From Candidatus Magasanikiibacteriota bacterium (GTDB lineage Bacteria; Patescibacteriota; Patescibacteriia; Magasanikbacterales; UBA922): a DNA stretch of 64,000 bases. The stretch lies in the NCBI GenBank assembly GCA_041674805.1, contig JBAYVA010000001.1, positions 390,612-454,611 on the forward strand. Direction: 5' to 3'. Both the position numbers and the translations under genes were made by a program. Positions within the stretch are counted from its first letter, which is position 1. Each line of letters starts with the position of its first letter. Positions 46,950 through 56,545 of the stretch are shown in pieces. The notes under the pieces were generated by a model. It did no database searches and was not told the origin of the DNA. It saw nothing but the letters and a program-made list of their open reading frames with translations.

Positions 46950-47354
46950 TTACTTAAACAACTGATAAACTTTCTCCACACTCTCATTTCCTGGATTATT
47001 GATTATTGAGTGCATATTACCACCACCGTCATTATTATAGCGTGGCATCACATGAATATGCAAGTGTGGAACAAGTTGTCCACCAGCCTCACCATGATTC
47101 CAACCCACATTATAACCAGCAGGTTGCAAGACTTTGTCCAATTTTTCTTGTGTTTTTTTCACAGCAATTAGCAATTTTTCTGTATATACTTCTGACAATT
47201 GCAATAAATTTTCGGCATGCATCTTTGGTATTACCAAAGTATGACCTTTGGCACGAGGCGTGATATCTAGAAACGCCAAAGCATATTCATCTTCATAAAT
47301 AGTATAATTAGGTATTTCTCCTGCTATGATTTTACAAAAAATACAATTTTCCAT
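46950..47354 (-). CDS. HIT family protein
   Basis: CIFCKI, GHTLVIPK, HLHIHV. Confidence 0.93.
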   Translation of the reverse strand: MENCIFCKIIAGEIPNYTIYEDEYALAFLDITPRAKGHTLVIPKMHAENLLQLSEVYTEKLLIAVKKTQEKLDKVLQPAGYNVGWNHGEAGGQLVPHLHIHVMPRYNNDGGGNMHSIINNPGNESVEKVYQLFK

Positions 47355-47359
47355 ATGTT

Positions 47360-48922
47360 TTATTTTAAATTTATTTTATACAAACTATGAAATTCAAAAT
47401 CCTTAAAATAAGAAATATTGAAATTAGATTTTGATAGATGATCCAAAAGTTTTTGATTATTATCTTTAGATATATTTACAAAATAGTAGATTTCTTCATT
47501 TTTTTCAAGTAATTCATACACAGTCTTGCTAATATCTTCATTAAAAAAATCTACCATTACAGACCTTTTTGGCCAAAAATATTTATCTTCATAATCCGTA
47601 ATAATAATGGCATTGGGAGATGTGTTATCTACTGTCCAATCTTGTACTTTTTCTATATAAGTAAAATTATTTTTTATTGCAAAGATACCATCTGGTCCAT
47701 AATAAACCAAATAAAAACTAAAAAACAAATGAACTGCTAAATAAAAAAATATAAATCCGTATTTCAAATGAATATTCTTTATCTTGTCAAAAATGAAAAT
47801 CAAAGCAAAAGCAATGATTGGTACAAAACCCACAAAAACAGGCAACCAATAACGCACATAAGCCACGGTAATAGTATTCAAAGAAAACAAAGCGTCTCTA
47901 TTACTGCCATAATAGAAAAATAAGAATGAGCTCACAAACAATAAAACTAAAAAATAAACAAATTGCATTTTATTTATTTTTGTTTTAGTAAACAAATAAA
48001 CAAACAAAAATGAAGAAAACAAAGCAGACAAAGAATACAATAAATTAATTTTAAAAAAGTAAAACCAGACAGACTTGGCAGTGATCCAAAAATCAAAACC
48101 TAAAGGTAAAACAAAAAAATACCAATGTCTTATAGGCAAAGAACCAGAAGAAATATAGTTACTAAAAAAACCATTGTACAAATATTTACTAAAACCAAAA
48201 TAAAATAATAGGAAAAACAAACCAACCAAACACCAAGAAAAAAATCTAGACCATGCTATATTTTTTTTGAAAACTAACAAAAAAATCAAATAAGCAATTG
48301 CCAACCAAACAACTTCATTGGTTCTAAACAAAACACCCAACAAAAAAATAAACATACCCAAAAAATCATTGAGCCACAATCTACTTTTCACAGGACGCAC
48401 AAACAAAAACCAAACACCAATAATAACCAAAGAAACAAACGGCATATTGTGAAACATCGAACGAGAACTGTAGTACCAAACAGAATAATTTGTTACAAAC
48501 AAAAAGGCACTAAGCAGAGCTATCCTCTTTTCAAAAAGTTTTTCCACAATAAAATAAAAAGCCCACATAGCCATTATCACAAACACCGAAGTGAAAAATT
48601 TTACAGCATACACTGAAAAAATTTTACCTAACAATCCATAAACAAGCATAATTCCCCAAAAGCTAATAGGCAAAACTTGTTTATTTTCATTTACAAAAGT
48701 ACTTCTAGGATGTACAAAAAAGCTCTGTTTTCCAAAATCTTTTATAGGTTGCAAAAATAAATTGTTATTTTCCAAAAAATTGTTTACAAAAACAAAGTTA
48801 GCATTTTCATCAGGAGAATTAAAAATGAAGTTATTATTAAAATTCAAAAAATTATAAATGAAAAAAAATACTATCGACAAGAAAGCTAACAACAAATAAT
48901 TTTTATTTTTTATCCAATTCAT
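47360..48922 (-). CDS. Polytopic membrane protein, GT-C/PMT-like glycosyltransferase
   Basis: SPDE loop after TM1, many TM segments, RYWLP. Confidence 0.65.
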   Translation of the reverse strand: MNWIKNKNYLLLAFLSIVFFFIYNFLNFNNNFIFNSPDENANFVFVNNFLENNNLFLQPIKDFGKQSFFVHPRSTFVNENKQVLPISFWGIMLVYGLLGKIFSVYAVKFFTSVFVIMAMWAFYFIVEKLFEKRIALLSAFLFVTNYSVWYYSSRSMFHNMPFVSLVIIGVWFLFVRPVKSRLWLNDFLGMFIFLLGVLFRTNEVVWLAIAYLIFLLVFKKNIAWSRFFSWCLVGLFFLLFYFGFSKYLYNGFFSNYISSGSLPIRHWYFFVLPLGFDFWITAKSVWFYFFKINLLYSLSALFSSFLFVYLFTKTKINKMQFVYFLVLLFVSSFLFFYYGSNRDALFSLNTITVAYVRYWLPVFVGFVPIIAFALIFIFDKIKNIHLKYGFIFFYLAVHLFFSFYLVYYGPDGIFAIKNNFTYIEKVQDWTVDNTSPNAIIITDYEDKYFWPKRSVMVDFFNEDISKTVYELLEKNEEIYYFVNISKDNNQKLLDHLSKSNFNISYFKDFEFHSLYKINLK

Positions 48923-48928
48923 AAAAAA

Positions 48929-49555
48929 TTATATTCCGTGTCTAAAAAGACTGACCAAAGCAAAACCAACAGACAAACCAAGGATCATATTAGCCAAATT
49001 AAATAAGTAAGGATTTTCGAAAACAAGAGCGATCAAAATCAAACATATTGACAATACCTGCAAAAACATTTTTATTTTACCCCACAAATTTGCCATTCTC
49101 ACAGTTTTGAACTTTACTCTATACAAATAAGCCATACTAATAAAAATAATTTCAATACCCAACACAGCAATACCAAGCCAAAAATTATTCAAATATTTGA
49201 AAACCAAAAGTAAAACCATAGAACCAATGAGCAACTTGTCAGCCAAAGGATCTATCAAAATTCCAAATTTTGTAATTTTGTTTTGTGTGCGAGCCAAAGA
49301 ACCATCTAGAGCATCCGTAAATGCTACTAGTACAAAAGCTACCACACCAATATTATAAAATCCAAACAAAATAAGCAAAAAAACAAAAGGTGTCGCTAAA
49401 ATACGAAAAATACTTATTCTATTTGGAGTCACAGACTTAGGCAAAAAACGCAAAATATAATTCTCCAAAAAATGATCATGAGGATGAATTTCTTCTGCTG
49501 GCAAATAATCAAACAAGTCAACGTTCCTCTCTTTGAAATCCTTGATAAAAGACAT
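48929..49555 (-). CDS. CDP-alcohol phosphatidyltransferase (PgsA-like)
   Basis: TPNRIS..R, TDALDGSLAR, GILIDPLADK. Confidence 0.9.
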   Translation of the reverse strand: MSFIKDFKERNVDLFDYLPAEEIHPHDHFLENYILRFLPKSVTPNRISIFRILATPFVFLLILFGFYNIGVVAFVLVAFTDALDGSLARTQNKITKFGILIDPLADKLLIGSMVLLLVFKYLNNFWLGIAVLGIEIIFISMAYLYRVKFKTVRMANLWGKIKMFLQVLSICLILIALVFENPYLFNLANMILGLSVGFALVSLFRHGI

Positions 49556-49585
49556 AAATTTGATATAATAGTGAAATTAAAGTCT

Positions 49586-51715
49586 ATGACAAAACTATTT
49601 AAAAAGTATATCACGCTTGGGACCCTTATTACAACTCTGTTGTTCCTCTCTATCTGGTATTACCAAAATCCTATTTTTGGCACTTTAACCTATATTTTAT
49701 ATTTAGTTTTTTTTGGTTACTCTCTTGGCAACTTCTTTATCAAACAGGAAAAACCATTTTGGAAGCTATTTTTTGGTATTATTGGCCTTATGGCTTTTAC
49801 TACCTCCCTATTATCTATCATCTATTGGTTTTATCAGATAGATCAATTCACCATTACTTTAGTCTTTTTATTTACCTCACTAAAAATTGTATGCTTATCT
49901 AGAAAAATGAACTTTACAGATTTGGCTATTTTACAAAAAAATCAACTAACTTTCAAAAAAACAAAAGATTATTTAAAACAAAATATTCTAGGAGTTATAA
50001 TTTTCCTAGGACAAATCTTCATACTAACAATTATATTCCAACATCGTTATGATGAAACAATTATTTCTCCTTGGACACTTTTTAGTAAAAAAATATTTAT
50101 CCTCTTCTTTTTAGTTTCAGCGCTTTTACTATTCTTTTTACAAAAATCAAAATATAAAAAAACCAATCTGCTACTTATCACCTTGCACACTGCCATTATT
50201 TTGAATGTTGCTTTTTTGGTTTTCAAATATGGTTATGGTTTTGATCCACATATTCACGAAGCTACCGAAAAATGGATTAGAGAACATCTCTTCATTACAC
50301 CCAAACAACCTTACTACATTGGACAATATATATGGGTGGTTACTACAAATTTTATTACCAAACTTTCTATTACCAATTTAGATAGAATCCTAGTACCAAT
50401 ATTTGCTTCTTTGGCTATACCACTCAGTCTTTATTTTGCTCTGGTAAAAAATAATTTCAAAAATAAAATATTTCCAGCCTTAGTTTTGATCTCACTTATA
50501 CCACTCAACTTTTTTATTTTTACTACACCAAACAATCTAGCTTTACTTATGTCAATGATTATTGTTTCTTGGATTTGGTACGAAAATCAATATAACAATC
50601 TACATACCAATGTTTTTGGAATTCTAATCAATACACTCAACATTGCTATTCACCCTATTATTGGACTACCTATGTTTGTTATTTATTTATCTTCTATTGT
50701 TTACAAAAAAATAAATAATAATCTCAAAAAAATATTTTATCCATTATATATTTTTATTTTAACATTTACCGTTCCATTAGCTCTTTACCTCAACTCTATT
50801 CTCAACAAAGGATCTTTGATACTAAAAAATACTTTTCTCAATGCCCCAGATTTTTTTGACATTTTTGCCAGACCAGATTATATCTTCATTGAACGTGGTT
50901 CAAGATTATTAAAACTTTTATATTATTATCGAGATATTTTGAAACCACTAATGATAATAATTATTATAATAGGCGTTTTTTTAGCTCTAAAAAAATACAA
51001 AAAAAATATTACCTATTTTTTCATTAGCACTTTTTTTGCTCTCTCTATTTCTTCTTTCCTAATTATTACTTCTGTCCAATTCAAAGATGTCATTTCTTAT
51101 GACCAAAAATTATATGGCACTAGACTACTTGATTTAAGTTTAATTTTATTTTTACCTTTTTTTGTTATTGCGCTTAGAGAAATATTTATCAAAATAAAAC
51201 ACCAAAAAAACTTGCAAATAATTGTCACTATTTTTTTTGCTCTATTGTTTACACTTTCTTGGTTTTTTACTTACCCAACTCACGATAATATTTCAATCTA
51301 CACTGGACAAAATTTGAGGAAAGCTGATGTAATTGCTGTCAAATTTATTGCTGACAGAAATAATAATCAAAAAGATTATATTGTACTCACCAACCAAGCT
51401 GTGGCTACAGCTGCTTTATTGGAATTTGGTTTTGACGGTTATTTAAATACAAAGGAAGGTTTGCAATATTTTTATTCTATTCCAACTGGCGGACCACTTT
51501 ATCAATACTTTAGCAAAATGATTTATGTCAAAACCGAAAGATTGTGGATGGAAGAAGCCATGAAATTTGCCAACGTCAAAAAAGCTTACTTCATCCATAC
51601 TGACTATTGGAGTCCAGCTGTCAAAATTCGTGATGACGCCAAAGTAGATGCAGACAACTGGTGGGAACTAGACAACGGTCGAATTTGGGTCTATGAATAC
51701 CTTTTGAAAAAATAA
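49586..51715 (+). CDS. Large polytopic membrane protein (possible GT-C)
   Basis: Many TM segments, GYGFDPHIH loop; ATG 49586 follows TTGATA-16-TATAAT. Confidence 0.7.
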   Translation: MTKLFKKYITLGTLITTLLFLSIWYYQNPIFGTLTYILYLVFFGYSLGNFFIKQEKPFWKLFFGIIGLMAFTTSLLSIIYWFYQIDQFTITLVFLFTSLKIVCLSRKMNFTDLAILQKNQLTFKKTKDYLKQNILGVIIFLGQIFILTIIFQHRYDETIISPWTLFSKKIFILFFLVSALLLFFLQKSKYKKTNLLLITLHTAIILNVAFLVFKYGYGFDPHIHEATEKWIREHLFITPKQPYYIGQYIWVVTTNFITKLSITNLDRILVPIFASLAIPLSLYFALVKNNFKNKIFPALVLISLIPLNFFIFTTPNNLALLMSMIIVSWIWYENQYNNLHTNVFGILINTLNIAIHPIIGLPMFVIYLSSIVYKKINNNLKKIFYPLYIFILTFTVPLALYLNSILNKGSLILKNTFLNAPDFFDIFARPDYIFIERGSRLLKLLYYYRDILKPLMIIIIIIGVFLALKKYKKNITYFFISTFFALSISSFLIITSVQFKDVISYDQKLYGTRLLDLSLILFLPFFVIALREIFIKIKHQKNLQIIVTIFFALLFTLSWFFTYPTHDNISIYTGQNLRKADVIAVKFIADRNNNQKDYIVLTNQAVATAALLEFGFDGYLNTKEGLQYFYSIPTGGPLYQYFSKMIYVKTERLWMEEAMKFANVKKAYFIHTDYWSPAVKIRDDAKVDADNWWELDNGRIWVYEYLLKK

Positions 51716-52894
51716 TTACTTGTACAAGTTTAATAACTCAACAAAATAATTATCACTATTTTTTTTTAAAATATTAATATCAAAATTGAGAGACATCTTT
51801 TTGATGTTTATTTTATTTTCCAAGCACCACTGCATTTTTTCTACTAAATCATTTTTCTTTTCTATATAAAAAAGCCAACCATTCTCCCCTACTTTTATAA
51901 ACTCAGGAAGAGACGAATGATTGCTAGCCAATACTGGCACAGCAAAATAAAAACTTTCAAAAATTACTGATGGATAATTCTCATAACAAATTGAAGGAAA
52001 AACCGTCACATCCATTTTAGAAAATATTTCTGGCAATTCTTCCCTACTCTTACGTCCATAAAAAATTACATTGTCCAAATTTTGAAATTTGTTTTTTAAT
52101 TCTTTGAGACAAGAACCATCACCCACTACATGCAATTTAGTATTTTTAATTTTTTTGAAAGCATCTATTAATTCAAAAATTCCCTTATGTTTTTCTATTT
52201 GTCCCAAATACAAAAAATTAAAATCTTGATTAGATTTTTTTACAATATTATTAACGTTGTCAAAAGTCAAAGGATTAGCTAAAACAATTTTTTTAGAACT
52301 AGAAAAAAAACCCTTCTTATCATAAAAGTTTAGTAAGAAATTTGAAGGTGCAATTACAATATCTGGAGACAAAAACATTCTTTTTGTCAAAAAAACATAT
52401 AAATAAACAAAAATGTTGTTGTATCTAAATGATTTTTCTTGAAGCTTCAAAATAATACCACTAGGTTCTACCAATTGCACATCATGCAAAGTATGTATGT
52501 ATTTAATTTTTAATTTTCTAATTACACTAGGTACCAAAAAACCAAGCCCCATCAAATTGTGAGTATGCACTAAATCTGGTTTTTCTTGTTGTAAAATATT
52601 TTTGATTTTTCTAGCAATACCAAAATTGAAAATATCAAAAAAATGCCAAACAAATTTTGATAAAAAAGAATGTTTATGTAAATCAAAAAAAGAAAAAATA
52701 TTTTTTGCTTTTATACGATAAATAGTCAAATTACTATTACTTATAATTTCTTCATCATTATCTTTCGGAGTAAGTGTAATTAATACTACTTGATGATTAT
52801 TTTTTAACAAAAAATCAACAATAGCTTTTACAACTTGTTCAGCACCACCTTTAGCATAAGGTTCATACAAATTATTGATAAGACAAATTTTCAT
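51716..52894 (-). CDS. Glycosyltransferase family 4
   Basis: MKICLINNLY..GGAE, GQIEKHKG, PSICYENYPSVIFES. Confidence 0.9.
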   Translation of the reverse strand: MKICLINNLYEPYAKGGAEQVVKAIVDFLLKNNHQVVLITLTPKDNDEEIISNSNLTIYRIKAKNIFSFFDLHKHSFLSKFVWHFFDIFNFGIARKIKNILQQEKPDLVHTHNLMGLGFLVPSVIRKLKIKYIHTLHDVQLVEPSGIILKLQEKSFRYNNIFVYLYVFLTKRMFLSPDIVIAPSNFLLNFYDKKGFFSSSKKIVLANPLTFDNVNNIVKKSNQDFNFLYLGQIEKHKGIFELIDAFKKIKNTKLHVVGDGSCLKELKNKFQNLDNVIFYGRKSREELPEIFSKMDVTVFPSICYENYPSVIFESFYFAVPVLASNHSSLPEFIKVGENGWLFYIEKKNDLVEKMQWCLENKINIKKMSLNFDINILKKNSDNYFVELLNLYK

Positions 52895-53028
52895 AAAAAA
52901 TATAATAAATACAATGTATCTGTTTATACGAAGTCCCACCATTCATCGCGGATTTTTTATTGTATTAGAACTATACCTAGTTTAGCACTTAAGTCTTCTA
53001 TTTTCAAGATGCTAGATTTGGATTAAAT

Positions 53029-53071
53029 AAAAAATAGCACAACCATTAAAATATTAGTCGTGCTATTTTTT
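53029..53071. terminator. Terminator-like hairpin
   Basis: AAAAAATAGCAC...GTGCTATTTTTT. Confidence 0.6.
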
Positions 53072-53137
53072 GAACTGTATAAATAGTATTATAGAATGTA
53101 ATGAATCCATTTTTTAGTTCAAAATTATTCTAGTAAT

Positions 53138-53326
53138 TTATTTTTTTAATTGTACAACATTATGTAATAATATTATACCAGTAACTATTGGTATGATTCC
53201 TACAAAAATTATTAACATAATACTTAAAGCTAATCCTTGATTTGGTATTTCTAGTATTAAACCTAAAATCATAAAACAGCCAACAATTATTGATATGATT
53301 CCTAGTATTAATTTAAGAATTTTCAT
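53138..53326 (-). CDS. Small two-TM membrane protein
   Basis: 62 aa with two hydrophobic helices. Confidence 0.5.
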   Translation of the reverse strand: MKILKLILGIISIIVGCFMILGLILEIPNQGLALSIMLIIFVGIIPIVTGIILLHNVVQLKK

Positions 53327-53562
53327 AGATGTAAAATTATTATTTAATTGTATTTTATAATATTATCAGAATGATTTTTAATCGTCAAATCACTAAAAGT
53401 GTATTCCTTATTTCAGATAACTACTTGTATACGATAATACCATAAATTAGCAAAAAAACAAACTTTTGAACAGTCTAAACACATAATACACACAACAGGC
53501 TAAATCAAAAGCCTTGTTTTCCTGACAAATCTAATGTAATATACTATCACTAGAGATAATTT

Positions 53563-54957
53563 ATGCCAGAAATTACAGACATTGAAAAAATTCCACCACA
53601 AAATATTGAAGCCGAAAAATCACTTTTGGGCTCTATTTTAATTGATAAAGATGCCATGCTAAAAATCTCAGACATAGTAGAAAGTGCTGACTTTTACAAA
53701 AGATCACATGCCTATATCTATGAAATAATGTCCGAATTATATCAAAAAAATGAACCTATCGATGTTTTAACTGTAGCTAATCGCTTAGAAGAAAGACAAA
53801 TTCTAGAAAAATGTGGTGGTAGAAGCTACTTAGTAGAACTATCTAACTCTGTACCAACAGCTTCTCATATCAAACAATATGCTGAAATAATCAAACGTAA
53901 ATCTACTTTACGCCAATTATTGAATTCTGCACATGAAATTTCCAAATTAGGTTATCAAGAAGACGTCGACGATGTAGACCAACTTTTAGACCAAGCCCAA
54001 CAACATCTTTACGGTATAACTCAAAAGCATATGAAACAAACTTTTGTTTCTATTCGTGGTATTTTGAGTACTGCTTTTGAACGTATTGATGAACTACACA
54101 AGGAAAAAGGTAAACTCCGTGGCGTACCAAGTGGTATCACTAAATTAGATGATTTACTTGGTGGTTTCCAAAAATCTGATCTAATAATTTTAGCTGCCCG
54201 TCCATCTGTTGGTAAAACTTCTTTTGCTTTAGACATAGCTCGTCATGCTGCCACAAAACACAAAGTCCCTGTTGGTTTTTTTTCACTTGAAATGAGTAAA
54301 GAACAACTAGTAGATAGAATGCTTTGTGCTGAGGCTGGTATTGACTTGTGGAAGATGAGAACTGGCAATTTGTCAGATAAACCTGATAGCGATGACTTTC
54401 CTCGTATTGGACACGCTATGGGTGTACTTTCCGAAGCACCAATTTATATTGATGATACTCCAGGAAACAATGTTATGCAGATTAGAACAAAAGCTCGTCG
54501 CCTTCAAGCAGAACACGGACTTGGTATGATTGTTATTGACTATATGCAACTTATGGAATCTCACAATGACAAAAATAGCAGTAACCGCGTGCAAGAAGTC
54601 GCTGTTATTAGTAGAAATCTAAAAGGTATTGCCCGTGAATTGAATATTCCTGTAATTGCCCTATCTCAGTTAGCTCGTGCAGTAGAACAAAGCAAACCAG
54701 CTATTCCAAAATTATCTCACTTACGTGAATCTGGTAGTATTGAACAGGATGCTGATATCGTTATGTTTTTGTATCGTAAATCTGTTGATAGAAATTATCG
54801 CCCAGAAGATATTCCACCTGATGAAAAAAATATTGCTGAAATACACATTGCTAAACATAGAAATGGTCCAACTGGTGTAGTTCGTACTTACTTTGATGAA
54901 GCTCGTACTTCTTTCAAAAATCTTGATACCAATACGACTTATGATAGTGGGGAATAA
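53563..54957 (+). CDS. dnaB: Replicative DNA helicase
   Basis: PPQNIEAE, AARPSVGKT, FSLEM, IDYMQL, LSQL, LRESGSIEQDAD; no intein. Confidence 0.97.
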   Translation: MPEITDIEKIPPQNIEAEKSLLGSILIDKDAMLKISDIVESADFYKRSHAYIYEIMSELYQKNEPIDVLTVANRLEERQILEKCGGRSYLVELSNSVPTASHIKQYAEIIKRKSTLRQLLNSAHEISKLGYQEDVDDVDQLLDQAQQHLYGITQKHMKQTFVSIRGILSTAFERIDELHKEKGKLRGVPSGITKLDDLLGGFQKSDLIILAARPSVGKTSFALDIARHAATKHKVPVGFFSLEMSKEQLVDRMLCAEAGIDLWKMRTGNLSDKPDSDDFPRIGHAMGVLSEAPIYIDDTPGNNVMQIRTKARRLQAEHGLGMIVIDYMQLMESHNDKNSSNRVQEVAVISRNLKGIARELNIPVIALSQLARAVEQSKPAIPKLSHLRESGSIEQDADIVMFLYRKSVDRNYRPEDIPPDEKNIAEIHIAKHRNGPTGVVRTYFDEARTSFKNLDTNTTYDSGE

Positions 54958-55027
54958 AAAAGCCTGAAAGGCTTTTTGATAATAATAGCTTTTTAAGCCT
55001 TTCTGGCATTTTAGGCCTTTCAAGCTT
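54958..55027. repeat. 9-nt arm family copy after dnaB
   Basis: ttttaagcctttctggcattt is identical to part of the right arm at 16222-16242. Confidence 0.8.
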
Positions 55028-55098
55028 ACTTTAAAAATGTTAAAATATAAAAACAATATAAACTTTATTAATTAAAAAAATATTAAATATAAAACCGT

Positions 55099-55395
55099 AT
55101 GTTCAACAAACTAAAACAATTCAAAGATCTTCGTGATCAAGCCAAAGAAATGCAAAGTAAATTAGCAGAAGAAAAAGTAACAAGTTCTTCCAACGGTGTA
55201 GAACTTACTATGAATGGTAATTTGGAAATCATAAATGTTAATATTTCTCCAGAACTTTTATCTACAGACAAAAAAGCCAAATTAGAAACAGCTTTCAAGG
55301 ATGCTCACGCTGACGCTTTGAAAAAGATGCAAAGAATAATGGCTATGAAAATGAAAGAAATGGGAGGACTTCCAAATATTCCAGGACTCTCATAG
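55099..55395 (+). CDS. ybaB: Nucleoid-associated protein YbaB/EbfC
   Basis: QAKEMQSKL...VELTMNG, located upstream of recR. Confidence 0.85.
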   Translation: MFNKLKQFKDLRDQAKEMQSKLAEEKVTSSSNGVELTMNGNLEIINVNISPELLSTDKKAKLETAFKDAHADALKKMQRIMAMKMKEMGGLPNIPGLS

Positions 55396-55830
55396 TTCTT
55401 AGTTCGCAGTTCATAGTTCATAGATTTGTATGCAAACATGCAAGGATTTGAAAGTCTGTCAAAAATCGATAAAATTAGTTACTTCAATTTATAAATTGAC
55501 AGAATCTTTCCCTGACATAGAAAAATTTGGATTGATAAGTCAGATGAGGAGAGCTTCAGTATCAATACCATCAAACATAGCTGAAGGTTTTGCCAGAAGA
55601 AACAAAAAAGAAAATGCTCATTTTATCAGCATTTCTTATGCCTCCGGCACAGAGTTAGATACTCAACTTGTTATAGCAAAAGAGTTAAATTTCATTTCTG
55701 AACAAAATTTAAAAGAAGTTGCATCACAACTCGAAGAAATTTTAAAGATGCTTTATTCTTACCGCGAATACCTATACAAATAAAATATTTCAAAAATTCT
55801 AAGAACTAAGAACACTGAACTCAGAACTCT
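55391..55830. mobile_element. Candidate repeat-armed cassette carrying a four-helix-bundle gene
   Basis: Left 7-nt arm (agttcNN)n at 55391-55423 and inverted right arm (aactNNg-like)n at 55798-55830. It interrupts the conserved ybaB-recR pair. Mobility is inferred. Confidence 0.6.
55430..55783 (+). CDS. Four helix bundle protein (23S rRNA IVS protein family)
   Basis: KDLKV.QKS, FPDIEKFGLISQMRRASVSIPSNIAEG, S..ELDTQL. Confidence 0.93.
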   Translation: MQTCKDLKVCQKSIKLVTSIYKLTESFPDIEKFGLISQMRRASVSIPSNIAEGFARRNKKENAHFISISYASGTELDTQLVIAKELNFISEQNLKEVASQLEEILKMLYSYREYLYK

Positions 55831-55833
55831 GAT

Positions 55834-56436
55834 ATGTATAGCAAATCAATTCAAAACTTAATAAAAGCTTTTTCTCGCTTACCTAGCGTTGGTCACCGCA
55901 CTGCTGAGCGCTTTGTTTTTTATTTGCTCAAATCTGGCAAAAAAGATGTAGCTGAACTAACTATTGCCCTAAAAGAATTGATTGAAAATATCAAAAGTTG
56001 CGAAATATGTTGGGATTTTACAGATACTAGTCCTTGTCAATCTTGCACAGATCAAAAAAGAAATCACAAAATTATCTGTGTAGTTTCACAACCACAAGAC
56101 AGAGAAACTATTGAAAAAACCAAAGAATTCACAGGTGTTTATCACATTTTACGTGGAACTCTCAAACCTGATGATGAAAATATTTCTAAATTTTTAAAAA
56201 TAAATGAATTGATGAATAGACTTCACAAAAATGAAATAGACGAAATAATCTTAGCTCTAAATCCAGATATCAATGGTGAAACAACGATGATGTATCTAGA
56301 AAGACAAATCAAAAAAATAAAACCAGATATCAAAGTTACTCGTCTCGCTCGCGGTTTACCAATGGGTAGTGATTTGCAATATGCTGATGAAATTACTTTG
56401 GGTAGCGCTTTGAAAAACAGAATCTCTAGCAAATAA
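55834..56436 (+). CDS. recR: Recombination mediator RecR
   Basis: LPSVGHRTAER, C4 zinc finger, YHILRG, TRLARGLPMG. Confidence 0.96.
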   Translation: MYSKSIQNLIKAFSRLPSVGHRTAERFVFYLLKSGKKDVAELTIALKELIENIKSCEICWDFTDTSPCQSCTDQKRNHKIICVVSQPQDRETIEKTKEFTGVYHILRGTLKPDDENISKFLKINELMNRLHKNEIDEIILALNPDINGETTMMYLERQIKKIKPDIKVTRLARGLPMGSDLQYADEITLGSALKNRISSK

Positions 56437-56482
56437 AATTTAAATTTCAAAGTTTAAATCTAAAAATTAATTTTTAATTACT

Positions 56483-56510
56483 AAAAAATCCCGCTTAAAA
56501 CGGGATTTTT
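56483..56510. terminator. Bidirectional terminator
   Basis: AAAAAATCCCG-cttaaaa-CGGGATTTTT. Confidence 0.75.
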
Positions 56511-56545
56511 ATTTTAATCAGTTTAAATCTGTCTAAATCAATGTT

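Noticed and set aside
52905-52968. Possible riboswitch or IS200/IS605 end upstream of the GT4 gene
   Set aside because: Only a weak AT-rich stem and a partial CCCACCATTCAT motif; no recognisable consensus and no transposase.
55430-55783. Four-helix-bundle gene as a DGR accessory (Avd) or rRNA intervening sequence
   Set aside because: No reverse transcriptase, template/variable repeat pair or rRNA gene is visible in the window.
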